Assembly (NCBI RefSeq): GCF_004010195.1
Contig: NC_057746.1
Location: 18,462,187 to 18,526,051, forward strand
DNA from: Chiloscyllium plagiosum
Lineage: Eukaryota
DNA length: 63,865 nucleotides
Direction: 5' to 3'
Shown here: positions 50,601 through 59,600 of the stretch, in pieces
Numbering within the stretch: position 1 is the stretch's first letter
Layout: each line of letters opens with the position of its first letter
Notes under the pieces: generated by a model
The model's database searches: none
What the model saw: only the letters and a program-made list of their open reading frames with translations
What the model was told of the DNA's origin: nothing
Translations under genes and position numbers: made by a program

Positions 50601-53600
50601 NNNNNNNNNNNNNNNNNNNNNNNNNNNNNNNNNNNNNNNNNNNNNNNNNNNNNNNNNNNNNNNNNNNNNNNNNNNNNNNNNNNNNNNNNNNNNNNGACTC
50701 TCTGTAGTTTCTCGCAGTGTTGGGAAAAGCAGTTACCAAACTGTGATGCATCCAGATAGAATGCTTTCTATAGTACATCTATAAAAATTGTTAAGAGAAT
50801 CCCTCATTGAAAAGTGACCAGCAGCACAGTGCAAGTTAGCTGGGCAATTATTTGGATGAGAAAGGCTATGGCAATCCAGGAATTATTCGACATTATAGAA
50901 ATGTAAGGACAGGCCATTCAACCCTTCTGGGCTATTCTATCAGACAATTAGAAAATGGCCCAACTGGATCGAAAACAAATCTGCTATTTTTCAAACAGTC
51001 ATCCTAACTCTCACAAATAGAGCATCAATCTATTATTCCTAATACCGTGCTGTGCCTTAGTGTGTTGAACTCCACTGACCTTTTCTTACCTACTGCATTT
51101 TGTTCTTGCAGATTGCCAAAGATCTGCACCCAAACAACAGGTAAGCAATAATCTAAAATGCATGCTTCATCAACAAACCATACATGTGCGATCTTTAGTT
51201 GCAATGATTTCACAAGCACATCTCTCACCATTGATAGATTTTACTTAATCCATGCTGTTCCGGCTCAGACTGCCTTTCAAATTCATAACCTTTAAGAACC
51301 CAAACAGTTACACTTTTCAACAAATTTCAGATTGAGATTTTCTGCAGTACCAATAGCAGACCGTAGGACGTGTGTAAATTGGCTGGCTTTCATAAGTTAG
51401 CAAACTGAACAGCTACCAAACCAGATTGACATGACTTGAAAATAAAATGTTCAGCACACTCTGCTTAAAGATGATGAGACATTGGCAAAGATAGGGAAAG
51501 GGATACAGGGCCAAGAATCAATATCCTTTTAAAATTAAATATCAAATCTCTTTATTATATCCCTCCACCAACTTTCTGCTTCAGCAAAAATGCACTCAGA
51601 TCTTAGAAGATAATCCCTACAGTGCGGAAACAGGCCATTCAGCCCATCAACTCTACACTAGCTCTCCAAAGAGCATCCCACCCAGACCCATCCCCACTAC
51701 CCTATCCCTGTATTCCCCATAGCTAATCCACCCTAACCTGCACATCCCTGAACACTATGGGGCAATTTAGCATGGCCAATCCACCCTAACCTGCACATCT
51801 TTGGACTGTGGGAAGAACTCAGAGCACCAAGAGAAAACCCACACAGGGAGAACGTGCAAACTCCACGCAGTCAACAGAGGGTTGCATCAAATGTGGGTCC
51901 CTGGCACTGTGAGGCAGCAGTGCTAACCACTGAGCCACAGTGCCAACCCTTAATTGAACTCATCTACACCTTTAAAGCTTAGTTGCATTTCTTGACCATT
52001 ACTGTCTCAAAATCACTTACATTTTAACAAGCTTCCTTTCTCAATCTCAATTGAAAAAGCTGGTCACTTGCAGAAACTTTATTTAACCAAAGAGCGTAGA
52101 ATATGGTCAATTTAGTCTAACGTAACATTTCTGTTTAATTAGACAACTTCATCAGCCAATATACATTACGCAACGTTAAAGTTAGACGAGGCTGCTAATG
52201 GATCATCTATTCTGAACTTGATTGTGGAAGGCAATGATTTAGAGTGAGTCAAAATTTTCTCTTATTGAAATGACTCAGATGTAATATACACCTTACTCAT
52301 TGACGCTGTAATTACTGGGGGCTGGGGGGGTTGTCCCTTTAAAAAATTATTCATCACTTCTACAGTGTTGTAACTATCTCCGTTAAGGAGTCAACAATTT
52401 TCACTCAATATAGCATTAATAAAAAGGTTGTTCGAGACACACAATTCCTGTTGAAAACTGTCCTTTCTGTAATTAGCATCAGCCTGAAAGTCAATATTGA
52501 TTTCTGTGACAGATAGTGGCCACCAGGTGACATGCTGGAATGCATTCATTGTTTGGTGACTTCTGTCAACCATGTGATTGCAGTGGGTTGACAATGAGTC
52601 CAATCCTTCCCAAATTCTGGGAATTAGCCATAATTGCTGACCAATGCTTGGTCGCTGCCGCATGGATTTCCTGGATCCCATTGAGGAGAGGGAAACAAAC
52701 ACATCCGAACTGTGGTATGGTCTGATGAACTGAAAAACCCAAGTGTGTTGGCATTCCCAAAGACCTACATACTGACCACTGGTGGACAGTATAGGTATAA
52801 CTACCCAAACGCTCTAGGTCAGATCCATGACATCAAGCTGGTGTTCTTCTCTGACCACTGCCTCCTGGCCAACTGTCACCTACAGGGCGAGCAGCGGGCT
52901 GGTAAGGGAACGTGGAAGCTGAACACAAAGCTGTTGACCCCAGGAAACAGTGAGGACCTCAAGAGGGACTACGCAGGTTGGAGAACCGTGAAGCCCCTCT
53001 TTGAGTCTCCAGCAGACTGGTGGGAAACAGTAAAAGGGAACATCAAGAGGTTCTTCATCCTTAAAGGTGTTCAGGAGGCGAGAGAGAGGCGGAGAAAACT
53101 GTCCCAGCTCCAGGAAAGTATGCAAAACCTGCTCCTGCTGCAGACGATGGGGATGGATGTCACGGAGGACCTCAAGGAGGTGAAGGGCCAGCAAGCCTCA
53201 CTCTTTGCCTCGGAGGCCTCCAAGATAATCTTCCGGTCCAGGGTCCGCTCGGTGGAGCAGGACGAGACGTGCTCACGTTTCTTCTTCCAGAAGGTGCACA
53301 AAGAGAGCTCTGTGCTCAGCAACCTGAAGGAAGAAGATGGCTCGCTAATGTCATCTCAGGCTGACGTCATGAGGATCAGTAAATCCTTCTATGCCAGTCT
53401 GTATGACGCGAAGCCAACCGACAGCACGGCCTCCCAGTCGTTCCGGTCCTCTATCACGGAGGTCTTAGATGACAGAACACACGAGAGGCTGGACTAGTCG
53501 CTATCTCTGGACGAGCTGACCAAGGCCCTCGAGTCCTTCGAAAAGAATAAAACTCCCGGAAGCGACAGCTTAGCGGTTGAGCTCTATTCCGCTCTGTGGG

Positions 53601-56600
53601 ACTTTATTGGCCAGGACCTGCTGGAGGTGTATGTCAGTATGCTTCGGCAAGTACCATGAGTGAATCCATGAGGAAAGGCTTCATCACCCTCATCTAGAAG
53701 CGGAAGGGGGAGAGGGAGGAAATCAGAAATTGGAGACCAATCTCACTGTTGAATGTGGATTACAAAATTCTGTCAAAGATAATTGCCAATTGGGTCAGGT
53801 CTGCTCTGGGGTCGGTGATTCACCCTGACCAAACCTGTGCTGTGCCGGGCAGGAAGATCGCTGAGAGTCTCACACTCCTCAGAGATACGATCGCCTACGT
53901 GCAGGACAGAGGGTTGGACACCTGCCTGATCAGCCTGGACCAGGAGAAAGCCTTTGACAGGATATCACACAGGTATATGAGCAATGTTCTCTCCAAAATG
54001 GGCTTTGTGGAGGGAATCTGCAATTGGATCAGACTGCTCTACACCAACATTGTCAGTGCAGTCTCAATCAATGGGTGGGAATCAGATAGCTTCCCAGTCA
54101 GATCTGGAGTCAGGCAGGGCTGCCCTCTCTCTCTCCTGCCTTGTTTGTGTGCTACATAGAGCCATTTGCCGAGTCCATCAGGAAGGATGCGCGCCTGAGA
54201 GGAGTGACTATTCCTGGCCAGGTTAAGGCCTTCCTGTACATGGATGACGTCGCCGTTTTCTGCTCGAATCCGCTGTCCGTGCACAGACTCATGTGCANNN
54301 NNNNNNNNNNNNNNNNNNNNNNNNNNNNNNNNNNNNNNNNNNNNNNNNNNNNNNNNNNNNNNNNNNNNNNNNNNNNNNNNNNNNNNNNNNNNNNNNNNNN
54401 NNNNNNNNNNNNNNNNNNNNNNNNNNNNNNNNNNNNNNNNNNNNNNNNNNNNNNNNNNNNNNNNNNNNNNNNNNNNNNNNNNNNNNNNNNNNNNNNNNNN
54501 NNNNNNNNNNNNNNNNNNNNNNNNNNNNNNNNNNNNNNNNNNNNNNNNNNNNNNNNNNNNNNNNNNNNNNNNNNNNNNNNNNNNNNNNNNNNNNNNNNNN
54601 NNNNNNNNNNNNNNNNNNNNNNNNNNNNNNNNNNNNNNNNNNNNNNNNNNNNNNNNNNNNNNNNNNNNNNNNNNNNNNNNNNNNNNNNNNNNNNNNNNNN
54701 NNNNNNNNNNNNNNNNNNNNNNNNNNNNNNNNNNNNNNNNNNNNNNNNNNNNNNNNNNNNNNNNNNNNNNNNNNNNNNNNNNNNNNNNNNNNNNNNNNNN
54801 NNNNNNNNNNNNNNNNNNNNNNNNNNNNNNNNNNNNNNNNNNNNNNNNNNNNNNNNNNNNNNNNNNNNNNNNNNNNNNNNNNNNNNNNNNNNNNNNNNNN
54901 NNNNNNNNNNNNNNNNNNNNNNNNNNNNNNNNNNNNNNNNNNNNNNNNNNNNNNNNNNNNNNNNNNNNNNNNGGCTGGTGGTGAGGAGGGCTCTGCCTGT
55001 GAGATCCTTTATGTATGCCTGGACTCTCTGCCGCACCGCATGCTGCCCTCGAAGCGGCTGCGGGGGGGACGAGACTGTCACACACCTCCTTCTGGAATGT
55101 GCCTACGCAGAGGAAGTCTGGAGAGGAATGCAGTAGTGTTTGTCGAGGTTCGTCCTGAGCAGCTCCGTGACGCAGGACTCTGTTCTCTACGGCCTGTTCC
55201 CCGGGACGCACACCGAGACGAACATCAACTGTGCCTGGAGGATCATCAACTCGGTGAAGGACGCTCTCTGGGCGGTCCGAAACCTGCTGATCTTCCAGCT
55301 GAAGGAGTTGACCCCGACTGAGTGTTGCAGATTGGCACATTCCAAGGTCCAGGACTACGTGCTGAGGGATGCGCTGAAGCTTGGGGCAGCTGCCGCCAAG
55401 GCGCGGTGGGGAAAGACCACCGTGTAACGTCTACCTGCCTAACGAAGAACAGGGGGCCCATGCAGTCATTTGGGGTCTGCTGACGCCTCAGCTAAAAATG
55501 TAACCGTACAGACCTGTAAATAGGAATCATTACTCTGTTTCGGTATGCAAACAAATGGAACGTTTACACATGTATGGCACGTCCAACTGTACAGACCATC
55601 AAATTATTTTATGAATAAAGTATATTTTTAAAATTAAAAAAAAAACTACAATGCTCCCAGAATCAAGTTCCACGTTCGTGTGGAATCAAAGTAAACAAGT
55701 GGTTCTCAAGATGCTTTGAAAGAATTCTCAGGAGATGTAATGAATTGACACGTTTCAATGCTTGTACTGGACCGTAGTCGAAAACTTGCGACTCAGAATT
55801 AGAAGAGGTGGAAGCTGTTGCAATGATAAAAGTCCTTATGTCTGGGTCAGAATCTCCAAGCTCAAGTGCCACTTCAAGATCTGGCAGCAACGGGAAACCT
55901 GTCATAATTTCACCAAAGGATTGATTATCTGTTGACAAAACTTTTCCGACAAGCTCATGGTAGGAGGTTAAGAAAGAGAGGGAGAAAATTTCCTGATCAG
56001 TCAGATCTGTAGTCCCCATTCTGCCTGTGGTTTAAAGAAAATTCCACACAAAGATTTGTGCCCTGAGTAAGAGGCATTCTCATCCTGAGGGACATTGAAT
56101 GCTCTCCCTTTAAAATACCTCTGCTGTATAATGGCAATTTCTCTCAATTTCTAGCCATGGACCCAAGCATATGTTGTTTGCATATAAGCTGAGAGGTCTT
56201 CTCTGACACACCTGGCTCATTGTAGATAATTGAACATCCATCTTTACTAAAAGGACCAATCAAAAGTTTTGCTCTGTCTTGTCACTCTGTCCTAGTAACT
56301 TGAAAGCAAGAAGAGACAAACAAAATCTATTTGATCCATCCAACTGATCGTCCCTTTTGATGACAGCACAGCCCCACTGGTCCAACATCTCGGATTATTG
56401 CTTCATTTCCGATTTTTAAATGCAATTTCAACAAAATTCCTTAATTCTTAATTCCACAAATCCACTTTAATTTATCTCCAATGGTTTAATCTCCTTTGTA
56501 AACGTGAATGTGAAACAAATTGTGTTAGCATTTCTTTTTTAATTCAAGGGGATATAAGGATCTTTGGCAAGACCAGCATTTAATACTTTCAGCAAGCAGC

Positions 56601-59600
56601 GTTAAACCTTACAGTGCATGTGTTGTTGTCAGGTCAGGAGATTCAGGAAGCCAACTTTGCACTCCTGAATCTATCCTGAAAGATCCTGGAATATCATGAG
56701 CTGTCTCAGTCAAAATCTACCGCATAGTTTCTACAGTGTTGCACTGTGTGACAGCAAAACAGGGAGTATTTTTTTTCACATTGTTGACAGCCTGTTGAAC
56801 TATCAATGTGGATTCCTGAAGAAGGGCTTATGCCCGAAACGTCGATTCTCCTGTTCCTTGGATGCTGCCTGACCTGCTGCGCTTTTTCAGCAACACATTT
56901 TCAGCTCTGAACTATCAATATGCCAAGATATCTCAATGCAGTGCAAGTAGCTCTTGTAAAGCCATCCCAGGGTATTATTTTGCACATCTTCAGGTTCATC
57001 AGCATTTTCATAACTACAAGTAACAGCAATGACTATGCTACACTATATGACTATGTTCGGTTCTGCAAATAAAATGTAAAGATTGTGTCGATACTATGGC
57101 TTTATGAGGTGTAGTTTGTCCTGTTTCTTTCTGAGAGGTTTCAAGGCACATACACCAAGCAGTCTACGCAGAACCACCAGATTAAGCAGTTTGTGAGGCC
57201 TTGGGTTTTGTTTTAAAGTTGGAACAATAGAAGCAGCATGAATGGGTGGGGGTCAAACTCCTTTAGAACCAGGACTTATCATTTCAGTAGAAGTTGCTGC
57301 TGGGCTCTTGTAGATGTGGATGCTGGTTTTTTTTTTCCCTCTCCCTGTTACAGTGAAAAGCTAGCGTTATGTTCCTGCTGTTAGAATTGCATACTAGTCA
57401 ATCTTATTTTTTTAATTTGCCTTTGTAAAGGGGGTCTTTATGGGATGTTAATATATTGGAACAGTTAATTAGTAATATATACTGTATCTATTATTTGGTT
57501 AAGCATTTTGATAGAGTTACAGGTAAGCTGATTCTTTTCTTTATTTTTTTTCTTTGGTTGTATTTTAACTATCGTACATGAATAAAGTGTGTTTTTCCTC
57601 AAATCTGATAGTTTGACCAGTTGATTTGCATCTGGAACCTTAAATTTACCTTTAACTTAAGAAAAGGTTAGCATCTAGGCCACCTTCTTAATATATTTTG
57701 AGGGGATTTGGTCTGGTCCATAACAAGACTGAAAAAATGCGGCTTTATTGAAATAAAATGGAGCACAGTGATTGTTTGGGTAGGCTGAAGGTGTTTTTTT
57801 TTGGAACACAAGGCCTGAGTTTCTGAGGCTTTTTTGTTTAAGTACAACATTTTAGATGCTGACAATCATCTTCGAACTTTTCATTCCTTGATGTGTATTT
57901 TATTCTGATGGTTATAAAATCTTCCCCTCCTTTTGCAGGCATGATTATGGATATGACGAGCTTAATGTAACAGGTAACTAACAAGAAAATATATATTTTG
58001 GGGCAGCTGCATGGTTTATTATATCTTGTAACCTTTTATATTGTAACCTCAAGCGACTGAGGCAAACAGTGACTAGTTCAATATGGTTTTGCTGTCCCTG
58101 ATGACAATAACTACCTATTTATTGGTGCAGGATTTTGTTGTGGGTGAAACAGGCGGTATCCCAGAGTCAGTTGAGTGAAATGCTGAATGATTAGATATTT
58201 CCGATATCTTCCCAAGAAGACAAGCTTCAATCCCTATTTGCCAGAGCAGAAACTGGATACAATTTGACCTTCCTTGCTGGTATCACTCAGAGTGATGTAA
58301 AGCAACAGGAGACTGAAGTGACAGTGCTGATTATGGAGAGACTGCTACTGTCTTGTCTAAAGATCCCTTTACTGATGCTGGTTACTGTTATCATACAAAT
58401 CACTAACTCCTGTTTAGCTCCCTTTGAAATATTTGCCCAGATGTATCAGTCTCTTTGGTGCAATTTGCATATTTTCCTATTTACATTTGAAGATAGTGCT
58501 AAATTAAAGTGATCTGTAACCTTGCTGCAGTGGTGATGTCAGCAAGCAACTTAATCAACTATTCCATTTGAAGTATTCTCGCAGCCGGCAATGTTGAAAT
58601 TTAAATTAAGAATCTCTTCATCTACGATTTTAAAAATTGATAAAATAAGGATACACTTTTTAAAAAATCATTTGAACATGTACAGGGCAGCACAGTGGCT
58701 CAGTGGTTAACACTGCTGCCTCATGGCGCCAGGGAACTGGGTTCGACTCCAGCTCCAGGCAACTGTCTGTGTGGGGTTTGCACATTCTCCCCGTGTCTGC
58801 CTGCGTTTCCTCTGGGTGCTGCAGTTTCCTCCTACAATCCAAAGATGTGCAGGTTCGGGTGGAATGGCCGTGCTAAATTGTCCCATAGTGTTCAGGCATG
58901 TGTAGGTTAGGTGCATTAGACGGTGGAAATGTAAAGTAATAGGGTGGGGGAATGGGTCTTGGTGAAGATAGAACATTACAGTGCAGTCCAGGCCCTTTGG
59001 CCCTTAATACTGCACCAATCTGAAGGCCATCTAACCTGCAATATTCCATGATTATCCAATAACCATTTAAATACTCTTAAAGTTGGCGAGCCTACTGCAG
59101 TTGCAGGCAGGACATTCCATGCCCTTACTGCTCTCTGAGTAAAGAACTTATCTCTGACGTCTGTCCTATATCTATCATCCCTCTTCAGAGGGTCGGTGTG
59201 GACCTATTGGGCTTGTTTCCACACTGCAAGGATTCTGTGATTTTCTTTTCTCATTCTGGAGAAATTTGAGATACCCCAACAAATAAAGTCTCTTCAGTGT
59301 CAGCAAATAAGTTATTTCCAAGTGAAAGCTGGGTCATTTCTCTTCAAAGAAGGTGTATTTTAGGCATTTGTGTTACCCCCACGTCGCTGGAGTGAAATCG
59401 AATCCCCACAGCGGCAACTTCTGGGTCTCCCACATTATTCAGCACATAGAGTAATGTAATCTAATCTAATCTAGAAGGGGTAAATGTAGGGGTATGGGTG
59501 GGTTACGCTTCGGCGGGTCGGTATGGACTTGTTGGGCCGAAGGGCCTGTTTCCACACTGTAATGTAATGTAATGTAAAAAAATGTAAAAGAGTCATACAG

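Noticed and set aside
18821-55340. ORFs full of X residues
   Set aside because: They run through assembly gaps; the readable parts belong to retroelements or unassigned flanks.
52712-55427. Active autonomous LINE or domesticated reverse transcriptase
   Set aside because: 5'-truncated, with several in-frame stops and frameshifts.
55663-56019. 118-aa minus-strand ORF
   Set aside because: No motif or splice support; likely a chance ORF in an intron.
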